From Mobula hypostoma (lineage: Eukaryota), in NCBI RefSeq assembly GCF_963921235.1, contig NC_086097.1:242546001-242610000 (forward strand): a DNA stretch of 64,000 nt, written 5' to 3'. Position numbers and translations under genes: made by a program. The notes under the pieces are model-generated. The model made no database searches. It was not told the origin of the DNA and saw only the letters and a program-made list of their open reading frames with translations. Shown one piece after another: positions 11,772 through 24,353 of this stretch (positions within the stretch are counted from its first letter, which is position 1; the number at the start of each line of letters is the position of its first letter).

Positions 11772-13975
11772 TAATATTATGCATTGCACTGTACTGCTGC
11801 TGTAAAAAAAATACAAATTTCATGACATATGAGAGTTATGATAAATCAGATTCTTATATGGGTCCCTGTTGTAGACGGAGTGGGAAGGGGGCAGGGAGAG
11901 GGGAATCATGGTTGGGAAAAGGGGGAGGGGGAGAGGGAAGCACCAGAGAGATGCTCTGTAATGTCAAATGATCTTGCCTGGTGTCTCAGGGCTGGGTGTG
12001 TTTGCACCCACGCTATCTCCTGCCACTGCCATACCTTCTCTGCCAGCTGTCCAACACCTCTTCCGCAGTGCTCCAGTCTTGCATTCCCAACATCCTTTGC
12101 TCCCACTTGATTTACTAAACTTGCTCTCCACTCCACATTGAGTCAACACAAACAACACATCTCATTATGTTTCAATGTACATGCCACAAATAAAACTAAT
12201 CTTTAAAAAAGGAAGACATCTCCAAAGCACTGTTGTGCAAATACATAATCGAGAAGAAGAAACTGGGAGAATAGTCCCTGCAATGTAGGTGAACATCCTA
12301 TGATGCTAGATGTGGGAATCTGAGAGCTATCATGCTTGTAGTGGACACATTAATCTGAAGATAAAGAAGCCAAGAAGCAGGAGGGATACGCGTGAGTTGG
12401 ACCACAGGGAAGCAAGAGCACACTGCAAATTGGCAACAAGAAAAATTCTGACTTTTGGACAAGCAAAAAGCAGCAACAATGTCTGGGATGAAGAGGCAAG
12501 GGAACATGTTCCAGGGGTGATAGATAGTGACAATGTTCATTGTAAGCCGAGTGCAGAGCTAGGCCAGCTAAGGCCTGTGTGGGCATTACAGAAGGTAAGA
12601 CAGGTAGTGTTATATCAAATTGTTAGTCTGAGTGTCTGTGTCCATGTGTGAGGTTGTGTCTGTGAGCGTGTGTGCAGGGGGAAGGTAGTAAGAATGAGGA
12701 AAGGGGCTTGCTTTGTTGTTGTTTTGTTGCTTGATGTTTCTGTGGCGTTTTGTTGAGCATTGTAGGAATTTTATGTTGGTAAGTGCCACCACACACCAAC
12801 ATAGCACAGAAGGTTAGGTCACTCCTTAAGCCAAGTTTAGGTTGTGTTGGTTGATAATACAAATGGCACATTTCACTGTATGCTTCAAAGTACACGTGAT
12901 AAATGAATCTGAGCAATGACGATGAAGTTTCCAATTTGAAAAGTAAACGTAGAGGAAAGGCAAACAGAAGAGATCAACACCCTGCTGAATTTAAATGTAA
13001 CCGAGCTGGAAATGTAGGGTGATAAAGCCGAGGCCTCTACTAGTTTGTCTGAGGTCAGGTAGAGAAAGGTCAGGTGACAGGCTAAGTCTGTGGGGAGGAG
13101 GGGAATTGGGTAGAGGGTGGGGTGGGGAAAGAAGAGACAAAATTAGAGGAAAGTGAAGAAGGAGAAACACAGAGGAGTGCTTCACATTTGCGATCTCTGA
13201 TTCTTATAAGAAGAGTTTCTTGTTGAAGTGCTGAATGGTGATGTACAATTGCCAACCAGAACAACTTTGAAATGGAGTGAGCGAGTACCATTGCACAAAA
13301 TGTCAAGGGCATACGTAACTCACACATGGCATTAAATATAAATCTTTGAGAACAGTGATTCAAGAAAGTCTAAAAATTATGAACCAACTTTAATCCTCCA
13401 TCTCATTAGGACTCTACCTTGACCTCTGACACTGCTCCAACAGAATCTTTAATCAGCTTTATTTGTTGCATGTACATGAAAATATACAGTAAAATGTGTT
13501 TTGTGTCAAACCAGATTGTGCTGGGCAGCCCGCAAGTATTGCCACACTTCTGGCGCCAGCATAGCATGCTTACAACTCACTAACCCTAGCCTGTACGGCT
13601 ATGGAATATGTGAGGAAACTGGAGCATCTGGAGGAAACCCATGTGGTCACGGGAAGAATGTACTAACTCCCTACAGACAGTGGTGAATGCTGTAAAGTGT
13701 TGCACTAACCCCAGGCCATTGTGCCACCTCACGAATGTTTTCATTAACATGGGGCTTAAAACTGCAAAGTAGACATCTATTTGTGCAAATCTCAATGAAA
13801 GCTGGAGGAGCATCTCATGCAAGGTCATCAACCTGTACTGTTAACTGTTTTTCTTTCTCTCCACCAATGCTGCCTGATTCATGGGATATTTTCTCTTTTA
13901 TTTCAGATTTCTAGAAACTGTGTTCCATATATCATGGTTCCAGCATCTTTCTACTGTACATTGATCTCCTTCTAT

Positions 13976-14055
13976 CTGGGGTTCCCAATCTGGAGTCCAT
14001 GGACACCTTACTTAATGGTATTGGTCTACGGCATAAAAAAGATTGGAAACCCTTA
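13976..14055. mobile_element. hAT/Charlie-like MITE, about 80 bp
   Basis: Termini resemble caggggttcccaacc / ggttgggaacccctg; sister copies at 14967-15046 and about 53690-53750. Confidence 0.6.
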
Positions 14056-14451
14056 ACTCTATGTACACTTCCTCCAAAATCCAGACAGCTTAGCTTCAAC
14101 ATCTTCACTCAGCCAGCACCATACCATGTGTTATTCAGTTGCTCATTCTCCACTCCAACATTTCCTTTGTTCTCTTGACCTCACCCATTTCTCTACAATT
14201 TCCTAATTTCTGCTGAAACATTATCAACTTGAAACTTTAACAGACTCTTCAAGATGCTGCCCAACTTGCTTACTTTGAGCACTTAGTCTTTATTTTGGAC
14301 CTGTTGTCTTTACTGTTTGCTTCTGGCTAGGCTCTTAAAAAGCTAGGCCATGTTTACCACTGAAGCTCAAACACAGGAAAGGGCCACCCTCTACACCTCT
14401 CCAGCCCTAAACTTGGATCAGTGCTCCAAGCTCGAAATTCAACAAATGCTA

Positions 14452-14649
<198 letters not shown>

Positions 14650-14966
14650 TCAACAATAAAATAACACACCTCAATTAATCACACATTTTCTGTTAAATAC
14701 TTTAAAACAGTATATTTCTGGTTTCTTTTTGTAGTGAAATTGGTAAAATATCTGAAAATTTAATGCACTCAATGATAATCTGATTGGACTGTAAATTTAT
14801 CCATACAAATGAAGGAAAAACAGAAGACATGAACAATACAGCAGTCCATAAGCATTGACAAAACTGTTTTAATAATAACAACTTTACCTGTACTGGGATA
14901 GGAAAGTTTATGAAATACAATCCCATCACAAACAAGAATTATATTAAAATCATGTTTATCTAAGCG

Positions 14967-15046
14967 TAGGGGTTCCCAACCTGGGACCCACGGACCCCTT
15001 GCTTAATGATATTGGTCCATGGCATAAAAAAGGCTGGGAGCCTATG
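14967..15046. mobile_element. hAT/Charlie-like MITE, about 80 bp
   Basis: Same termini; degenerate 8-bp flanks tctaagcg / actaaggt. Confidence 0.65.
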
Positions 15047-15487
15047 ACTAAGGTCAGGGGATGAAGGATGAATAATAATGTATTTCACAGTTGCTCAGAA
15101 AGCTTAAAATGTTTTCTGAACTTAAAATGTAAAGTGGAAATTGATTTGTGCAGTACTACTGCAGCGGACAATAATCCAGCAGTTAGGTGTTGCCACAGGT
15201 AACGTGGCTCAGTACAGATTGTGCTAGGTTAAGTATAATCTGTACTATTAGGATGCACATAGACTTGGATAATCAGAAACAACCAAAATCTGATGTTTGT
15301 TATAAAAAATTCTCATTTTCCCTTTTACAACATAGCAGCCTGTTCAATCCACTGAGTGTATGCCAGTTGGTGTCCCATTACGCCACTTCCCTAAACTACC
15401 CCTTTTGACATACACACCAGTTCTCCTAATTCTCCTGCCACAAATGTGTACTGTGGAAAATTTATAGTGATCTATTAACCACCAAAC

Positions 15488-15785
15488 ATGAGACCATAAG
15501 AGATAGGAGCAGAATTAGGCTATATGGCCTATGGTGTCTGCTCCACCATTCCATCATGGCTGATTTATTATTCCTCTCAAACCCATTCTCCTGCCTTCTC
15601 CCTGTAACTTTTGACACTTTGACTAAGCAAGAACCTATCAACCCCTCCTTTATATATACCCAGTGACTCGGCCTCCACAGCCATCTGTGGCGAAGAATTT
15701 AATAGATTCATCACCCTCTTCCTAAAGAGATTGCTCTTCATCTATGTTCTAAATGGGTGTCCCTTTTATACTAAGGCCATCCCCT
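15488..15785 (-). mobile_element. CR1 3' end fragment
   Basis: gaccataagagataggagcagaattaggc tail; similar pieces at 40170-40950, 41735-42090 and 50284-50565. Confidence 0.8.
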
Positions 15786-16023
15786 CCGGGGGCAGGGGGT
15801 GGAAGGGAGGAAGGAGAGGTGTGTGTGCGTGTATGCATGCATGTTAGTGGTTGTTTGTATCGCAGTCACCTTCTTTTCAATCTTTGGAAAATTCAATAAA
15901 ACTTTAGAAAGATACATAGCCAGTGGAAAATGTTAATGAATTCCTGGCTAAGAATTTCCCTTCATGATTGTTTGCTGTATGAACTAATCCAGCAGATCAC
16001 TTATTACAAGCCTATATTCATAC

Positions 16024-16184
16024 CTGTGGTAGAATGCAGCTCCTGTTAAGACCATAGAGTAATCATTTGTCCATTTAGATGTGTAACCCCATCTTTCTTT
16101 TGTGCTGTCCCAGAAATGGCTGCGAGCTGGGTATCCCACAATTCTCTCAGGGAAACTCTGCCACACAGTGAAGGCAAAATCTAC
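16024..16184 (-). CDS. EXT1: Exostosin-1 exon 9 (161 nt)
   Basis: [53 protein letters not shown](R); tag acceptor, gtatga donor. Confidence 0.98.
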
Positions 16185-16913
16185 CTAAAAATCAAAACAT
16201 AAAACCAGAGTCCACCATGTTACAAACTATTAACACAACTTTCAAAATAACTGTGAAAGACAAATTGTTAAATGCATATAGAGGTAATTCAGAAAGGAAA
16301 GATGATTGCTCTTCTGATAATTCGTACAATGACCTTTAAAGAGTTAACCCTGGGGTATAGATCTGAACAATTCTTTTGAGACTGCAGCTGCAATATTTAT
16401 TTTTGAATTCAAGTTACACATCTTTTTTAAGGCTGAATTACTTATAAATGCACATTTGTAAACTAGTTTTGAAAGGAAGTAGGGATTAGTTGATATTTGC
16501 TGGTAGTATTTACAGTCAACCTTGAGAATATTAAGATTCCCAAGCTACAAAGACATGCAAATATATGCACAATATCATCGAGAGAGGATAAAACAGACGT
16601 TTATGAGGTTTCCTTAAATTACAGTAATATTTATTTGCAACCAACCCTGGCAAGTATAATGAGGGCCTAAATACTTGCACTAAAACATGACATTCTGAAA
16701 GCTTTAATGAGATAACATCTGGGAGTTTGTTACTTCAGATTGGATAGTATCAAATTACATGTCATTTCTCAGAGTAAAATGTCAGCATTTTGAGACAGCA
16801 AAATTTCTTTATTCTGAGCTGTGAATCATTACAAGTAACAAACATAAAATGCTGGAGGAACTCATTACACAAATCTTTCTTGGAAACTGTGAGTGGTCAC
16901 TTAGTAACACATA

Positions 16914-18480
16914 CAGTCCCTATAAAAAGTATTCACCCACCCTGGAAGTTATCATAATTTATTGTTTTACAACACTGAATCACAGTGGATTTAATTTGGC
17001 TTTTTTGACACTGATCAAAAGACTCTTTTGTGTCAAAGTGAAAACAGGTCTCTACAAAGTGACCTAAATTAATTACAAATATAAATCACAACATAATTGA
17101 TTGTATAAGTATTCCCCCCCCCCCTTAATATGACACACCAATTCTTCACTGGTGCAGCCAATTGGTTTTACAGGTCACATAATTAGTTAAATGGAGATCT
17201 GTTTTTGGAGTCCTGTGTGTAGTCAAGGTGTTTCAATTGATCGTAGTAAAAAAAACATGCATCTGGAAGGTCCAACTGCTGGGGAGTCAGTATCCTGGCA
17301 AAAACTACATCAGGAAGACAAAAGAATACTCCAAGCAACTCTGTGAAAAGGTTATTGAAAAGCACAAGTCAGGAGATGGGTACAAGAAAATTTCCAAGTC
17401 ACTGAATATCCCTGGAATACAGTTAAGTCAATCATCAAGAAATGGAAACAATATGGCACAGCTGTGTATCTGCCTACAGCAAGCATCCTTAAAAACTAAT
17501 TGACCGTGCAAAAAGAAGACTAGTGAGGGAGACCACCAAGAGAACTATGACAACCCCGGAGGAGTTACAAGTTTCAGCGGCTGTGATGGGCGAGATTGTG
17601 CATACCACAACTCTTGCCTGGGTGCTTCACCAGTCACAGCTTTATGGGGAAAAAACTCACATGAAATCTCAGCTAGATTTTTACCAGAAAGAATGTGGGA
17701 GACTCTGAAGTCAGCTGGAAGAAAGTTCTATAGTCTGATGAAACCAAAATTGAGCTTTCTGAGACTAAATTCTATGCTTGGTGTACGCCAAACACCCACA
17801 TCAAAAACACACCAACCCTACCAGGAGACGTGGTGATGGCTGCATCAGGCTACGGGGATGCTTCACTGCAGCAGGCCCTGGAAGGCTTGTGAAGGTACAG
17901 GGTAAAATTAATGCAGCAAAAATAAAAAAGGGAAATCCTGGAGGAAACCCTGATGCAGCCTGCAAGAGAACTGTAACTTGGGAGATTTGCTTTCTAGCAA
18001 GACAATGGTCCCAAGCATAACGCCAAAGCTACACAGAAATGGTTTAAGAACAAAGTTAATGGCCTGGTGTGGGCAATTTAGAGTCCAGACCTCAATCCAA
18101 TTGAGCATTTGTGGCTGGACCTGAAAAGGGCTGTTCACTCACGATCCCCATGCAATCTGAGAGCTTGAGCAGTTTTGTAACGAAGAATGGGGAAAAAATT
18201 GCAGTGTCCAGATGTGCAAAGCTGATAGAGACCTATCCACATAGACTAAAGGCTGTAATTGCTGCCAAAGATGCAATTATTTTGTGTTTTATATTTGTAA
18301 TTAATTTAGATCACTTTGCAGAGACCTGTTTTCACTTTGACACAAAAGAGTCTTATCCAATTAATCAGCATCAAAAAAAAGCCAAACTAAATCCACTGTG
18401 ATTCAATATTGTAAAACAATAAAACATGAAAACCTCCGGGGGGGGGGGGGTGGATGAATACTACTTTTTAATAGCATTTT
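16914..18480 (+). mobile_element. Decayed IR/DR Tc1 transposon, Passport-like
   Basis: TA then cagtccctataaaaagtattcaccc; about 200-bp inverted repeats; peptides KTKEYSKQLCEKVIEKHKSGDGYKKISKSLNIP, SDETKIE, QDN and SPDLNPIEHLW with frameshifts; right end degraded. Confidence 0.88.
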
Positions 18481-21172
18481 AAAAAGACGCCGGACAAGCA
18501 GCATCTATGGAGTATCCACCACAGGTAGGCCAGTCCATCACAGGTAAAGCCCTCCCCATCTCGAAGGACATGCTTTCTTCTTGCTGATCAGGAAGGTGGT
18601 ACAAGGAGCCTCGGAACTCACACCATCAGGTTCAGAAACAGTTATTACCCATCAACCACTTGATTCAAAGGGGATAACTTCACTCGCCCCATCATTGACT
18701 CACTTTCAAGGACTCTTCACCTTATGTTCTCAGTATTTATTGTTTGTCGTCTTTTGCACACTGGCTGAATGCACAAGTTGGTCCAGTCCTTCACTGATTC
18801 TATTATGGTTATTATTCTATTACAGATTTTTCAAATTAATCTCAGGGCTGTATATGGTGACATATATGCTTGTTCGTTACGTGCCCTGTCATATGATGTG
18901 AGCAACTATGATTGTTTTTGGCAAATTTTTCCAGAGAAGTGGTTTGCCATTGCCTTCTTCTGAGCAGTGTCTTTACAAGACTGGTGACCCCAGCCATTAT
19001 CAATACTCTTCAGAGACTGCCTGCCTGGCATCAGCGGTCGCATTACCAGGATTTGTCATATCCACCTACTCCAATGGCTTCATGTAAGAAGGTGTTACAC
19101 TTTTCCCTAGCGTGACTTGCAGGCTAGCGGATGGAAGGAGTGCCTTATACCTCCTTTAGTAGAGATGTATTTCCATCCCACCATGAGATACATGTACTTT
19201 GAACTTTGAATTGAACAGTTGAAGTTTCAGGTGATATAACCCTTCATCAGGACTTGTGTTTCTTAGCATCTATCCTATTGATGCTCTCTCAGGTCCCCTC
19301 TCAACCTATCCAGAGCAACATACACAAAATGCTGGAGGACCATAAGACATAGGAGAAGAATTCGGTCCTTCAGTCTACCGCCATTCCATCATGGCTGATC
19401 CTGGATCCCACTCAACCACATACATCTGCCTTCCCGCCATATCCTTTGATGCCCTGACCAACCAGGAAACTTCCGCCTTAAATATACCCACGGACTTGGA
19501 CTCCACCATAGTCTGTGGCACAGCATTCCATTGGAAGTTGAATGTTCAAGGATATATGGTGTATTGGAAAGATAGGTTAGTAGGGGGTGGCCCTGTGTAT
19601 AAGAAATAATATTGAATCATTAGAAAGGGATGACATAAGATCAGAAGGTGTAGAGTTTCTATGAATTGAGTTAAGAAATGGCAAGGGTAAAAGGACCCTA
19701 ATGACAGTTGTATACAGGCCTCCAAACAGCAGCCGGGATGTGGATTACAAATTACAGCAGGAGATAGAAAAGGCGTGACGAAAGGGCAATGTCATGATAA
19801 TCATTGGGGATTTTAACATGAAAGTGGATGGGAAAAGCCAGGCCAGTACTGGACTTCAAGGAGAATTTGTAGAATGTCTAAGGGCTGGCTTTTTAGAACA
19901 GCTTGTTGTTGAGCCCACTAGGGGGTCGGCTGTGCTAGATTGGGTGTTGTGCAATGCTCCAGAGGTGATAAAAGAGCTTAAGGTTAAGGAATCTTTAGGG
20001 AACAGTGATCACAATATCAAGTTCAATGAAATTTGAGAAGGAGAAACTAAATTCCAATGTGTTGATATTCCAGTGAAATAAAGGAAATTACAATGGCATG
20101 AGAGGGAAACTGGCCAAGGTTGACTGGAAAGGGACACTAGCAGGAAGGACAGCAGGCCAGCAATGGCTGGAGTTTCTGCAAAAAAAAAAGTGCAAGACAG
20201 ATATATTCCAAATAAGAAGAAACATTCAAATGGAAGGAGGACACTACCGTGGCTGACAAGTGAAGTTAGAGCCAAAGTAAAAGCAAAAGAGAAGGCATAC
20301 AAGGAAGCCAAAGCTAGTGGGAAGATAGAAGACTGGGAAGCTTTTAAAAACTTGCAGAAGTAAACTAAGGTGGTCATTAAGGAAAAGGTGAATTATGAAA
20401 GGAAGCTGGCGACTATTATCAAAAGACACTAAAAAGCTTTTTTAAGTATATAAAGAGTAAAAGAGAGTTGAGGGTAGATATAGGACCAATAGAAAATGAC
20501 ACTGGAGATATTGTAATGAGAGATGCAGAGGTGGCAGAGGAACTGAATACACATTTTGCAACAGTCTTCACAGTGAAGACATCTGCAATATACTGGACTT
20601 TCAAGAGTGTCAGGGAAGTGAAGTACAGTATGTGCCGTGAAAATTACAACTGAGAAGGTGCTGAGGAAGCTTAATGGTCTGAGGGTAGATAAATCTCCTG
20701 GACCTGATGGAATGCACCCACGGGTTCTGAAGGAAGTAGCTGGAGATATTGCGGAGGTATTAACAATGATCTTTCAAGAATCGATAGGTTCTGGCATTGT
20801 ACCAGATGACCAGAAAATTGTTAAGTTATTCGCTATTTAAGAAGAGTGGGAAGCAGCAGAAAGGAAACTATAGACTTGTTATCCTGACACCAGTGGTTGG
20901 GAAGTTGTTGGAATCGATTGTTAGGGATGAGATTACAGAATACCTGGAGATACATGACAAGATAGGCCAAAGCCATCATGGCTTCCTGAAAGGAAAATCC
21001 TGCCTGACTAACCCTGCAATTTTTTGAGGAGATTACAAGCAGGGTAGACAAAGGAGATGCAGCAGATGTGGTGTACTTGGATTTTCAGAAGGCCTTTGAC
21101 AAGGTACGGCACATGAGGCTGCTTAGCAAGATAAGAGCCCATGGAATTACAGGGAAGTTCCTAGCATGGGTG

Positions 21173-21392
21173 CTGGCTGGTGGCGTGGTGGCATCAGCAC
21201 TGGACTTTGGAGCGGAAGGTCCCCAGTTCGAATCCAGCCGGCTCCTGTACATGCTTTCCATTTATGCTGGGTTGAGCGTCGAACTAGCAACTGGACCTCG
21301 TAAAAAAGAAATTGCCTGCTACAGAAACATCAACAGCAAAGTTGATGGCCTATGCTCTCTCGTGAATTTAAAGGCAATTTCTCTTTTCTCTA
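21173..21392 (+). mobile_element. tRNA(Arg/Trp-like)-derived SINE with 13-bp TSD
   Basis: A box tggcgtggtgg, B box gttcgaatcc; exact TSD cctagcatgggtg at 21160-21172 and 21393-21405. Confidence 0.88.
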
Positions 21393-21804
21393 CCTAGCAT
21401 GGGTGGAGCATTGGCTGATCAGCAGAAAACAGAGAGTGGGAATAAAGGGATCCCATTCTGACTGGCTGCCGGTTACCAGTGGAGTTCCACAGGGCTCAGT
21501 GTTGGGACCGCTGCTTTTTACGATGTACATCTATGATTTGAACTGTGGGATCAATAGATTTGTGGCTAAATTTGCCGATGATACAAAGATAAGTGGAGAA
21601 GCAGGTAGTGTTTAGGAAACAGAGACCCTGCAGAGAGACTTAGATAGTTTAGGGGAAGTAGCAAATGAAATACAATGTTGGAAAGTGTATGGTCATGCAC
21701 TTTGGCGGAAGAAATAAATGAGCAGACAATTATTTAGATGGGGAGAGAATTCAAAATGCAGAGATGCAAAGGAATTTGGGAGTCCTTGTGCAGAGTACCC
21801 TAAA

Positions 21805-22371
21805 TACCAGGAGTATTGTGTGCAGTTTTGGTCCCCTAATCTGAGGAAAGACATCCTTGCCATACAGGGAGTACAAAGAAGGTTCACCAGATTGATTCCT
21901 GGGATGGCAGCAGGACTTTCATATGATGAAAGACTGGATCGACTAGGCTTATACTCGTTGGAATTTAGAAGATTGAGGGGGGAACTTATTGAAACGTATA
22001 AAATCCTAAAGGGATTGGACAGGCTAGATGCAGGAAGATTGTTCCCGATGTTGGGTAAGTCCAGAACAAGGGGTCACAGTTTGAGGATAAAGGGGAAGCC
22101 TTTTAGGACCGAGATTAGGAAAAACTTCTTCACACAGAGAGTGGTGAATCTGTGGAATTCTCTGCCACAGGAAACAGTTGAGGCCGGTTCATTGGCTATA
22201 TTTAAGAGGGAGTTAGATATGGCCCTTGTGGTTGAAGGGATCGGGGGTATGGAGGGAAGGCTGGTACAGGGTTCTGAGTTGGATGATCAGCCATGATCAT
22301 ACTGAATGGTGGTGCAGGCTTGAAGGGCCGAATGGCCTATTCCTGCACCTATTTTCTATGTTTCTATGTTT
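21805..22371 (+). mobile_element. 5'-truncated CR1 subfamily A nested in CR1 subfamily B
   Basis: Near-identical to about 4128-4680; (ctatgttt)n tail; ctaaa repeated at both junctions. Confidence 0.92.
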
Positions 22372-23496
22372 CTAAAAGTTAACCTCCAGGTTGAGTCGGT
22401 GGTGAAGAAGGCGAATGCAATGTTGCCATTCATTTTTGGAGGTATGGAATATAAGAGCAGAGATGTGATGTTGAGGCTCTATAAGGCACTTGTGAGACCG
22501 CACTTGGAGTATTGTGTGCAGTTTTGGGCTCCTTATTTTAGAAAGGATATACTGACAATGGAGAGGGTTCACAGAAGATTTACAGGAGTGATTCCAGGAA
22601 TGAAAGGTTTACCATATGAGGAACGTCTGGCAGCTCTTGGGCTGTATTCCCTGGAGTTTAGGAGAATGAGAGGGCATCTCATAGAAACGTTCCGAATGTT
22701 AAAAGGCCTGAACAGATTTGATATGGCAAAATTATTTCCCATGGTAGGGGATTCTAGGACAAGAGGGCACGACTTCAGGATTGAAGGATGTCCATTTAGA
22801 ACAGAGATGCAGAGAAATTACTTTAGTCAGGGGGTGGTAAATCTGTGGAATTTGTTGCTACAAGCGGCTGTGGAGGCCAAGTCATTGGGTGCATTGAAGG
22901 CAGAGATAGATAGGTTATTGATTAGCCAGGGCATCAAAGGGTATGGGGAGAAGGCAGGGGAGAGGGGATGACTGGAAGAATTGCATCAGCCCATGATTGA
23001 ATGGCAGAACAGAATTGTTGGGCCAAATGGCCTACTTCTGCTCCTATATCTTATGGCCTTACTACTCTCTGGCTAAAAAAATTTCTCCTTGCCTCTGCTC
23101 TAAAAGGCTGCCCCTTTATTTTGCGACTGTGCCCTCTACCTCTGGATTCCTCCACCAGAGGAAACATCTTCTCCACAGCCACCCTGTCTAGTCCTTTCCA
23201 CATTCCGTAGGCTCTACAGGAACACATTCCAGTATTCGTCTAAATTCCAGTGAGTCGGGGCCCAGAGCTGCCAAACGCTCCTCATATGTTAACCCTTTTT
23301 CCTGAAATCATCCTTGTGAACTTCCTCTGGACTCTCTCCAATGACAACACATATTTTCTGAGATATGGGGCCCTTCTTCTTTAAACTAAAAATTTTGCTT
23401 TTTTTCAGCAATACAAAGGCAACTTGGAACTTCTGTTCAAATCTATGAAACAAAACTCTGGTCTTTTCTTCCAGTTTCTTGTGTGCAGATACTTTT

Positions 23497-24330
23497 CCTC
23501 AGCAGGTCAGGCAGCATCTATGATCTTTTGAACTGAGACCCTTCTTCAGGACTGGAAAGGAAGGGGAAGATGACAGGTTGGGGAGGTTGGGAAAGGAGGA
23601 GAAGCGAGAAGGTGATCGGGGAAGCTGGGAGGTAATAGGTGGAAAAGGCAAAGGACTGAAGAGGAATCTGACAGGCCAGTACACCGGACCACAGGAGAAA
23701 GGGAAGGAGGTGGGGCGCTAGGAGGAGATGATAAGACAGGTGAGGAGAACAGGTAAGAGGAAAGCCAGAGTGGTGAATTGAAGGAGAAGGAGGGGGAGGG
23801 GAAAAATACCAGGAGCTGGAGAAATCAATGTTCATGGCATCAGGTTGTAGGCTACTTAGGTGGAACATGAGGTGTGGTCTCATCATGGCAAAAGCAGAAA
23901 CCATGTCAGAATGGGAATTGGATTTATAAAGACCGGCCACCAGGATATCCTCTTCTTTATGGATGGAGTGAAGGTGCTCTACAAAGTAGTCCTTCAATCT
24001 ACAGCGGGTCTCATCAAAGTAGAGGAGGCTGCATTGGGACACTGGATTCAGTAGACGAGCCCAATAGATTCGCAGGTGAAGCGTTGCCTCTCCTGAAAGA
24101 ACTGTTTGGTACCCTGAATGGAGATGAGGGACAAGCTGAATGGACGGGTGTAACACTTCTTCCAGGATGAAGATTTGTGGGGAGGGTGAATGAACAAGGG
24201 AATCATGGAAGTAGCAATCACTACAGAAAGTAGAAAGTGGAGGGAGGGTGTGGTAAAGATATAGTTGCCATTAGGGTCCTGCTGAAGATGGCAGACCTTG
24301 TAGAGATTTATTGGATTTGGAGGCTCCAAC
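23497..24330 (-). mobile_element. Penelope-like element fragment (GIY-YIG region and terminal repeat)
   Basis: KQFFQERQRFTCESIGLVY...CSLLYFDETRCRLKDYFVEHLHSI, a decayed GIY...YIG endonuclease, followed by a hammerhead-like motif. Confidence 0.8.
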
Positions 24331-24353
24331 CCATCTGGTTTCTCCTCATTAAT

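Larger units (their letters stand above)
19531..23061 (+). mobile_element. Decayed CR1 LINE (subfamily B) carrying a nested SINE and a nested CR1
   Basis: Frameshifted EN/RT peptides (IGDFN, SDH, PGPDG, LDFQKAFD, GVPQGSVLGP, FADD) and cttatggcctt tail. Confidence 0.92.
19339..23375 (-). mobile_element. CR1 3' fragment split into 19339-19530 and 23062-23375
   Basis: gtggcacagcattcca joins actactctctggctaaaaaa, matching the contiguous gtggcaacgaattccacagattcaccactttctggctaaag of the 50284 copy. Confidence 0.75.

Noticed and set aside
19216..19255. Fully active hammerhead
   Set aside because: CUGAUGA, GAAA and UC are present, but the ACGU palindrome is ACUU and the first stem I pair is mismatched; kept only as a family member.
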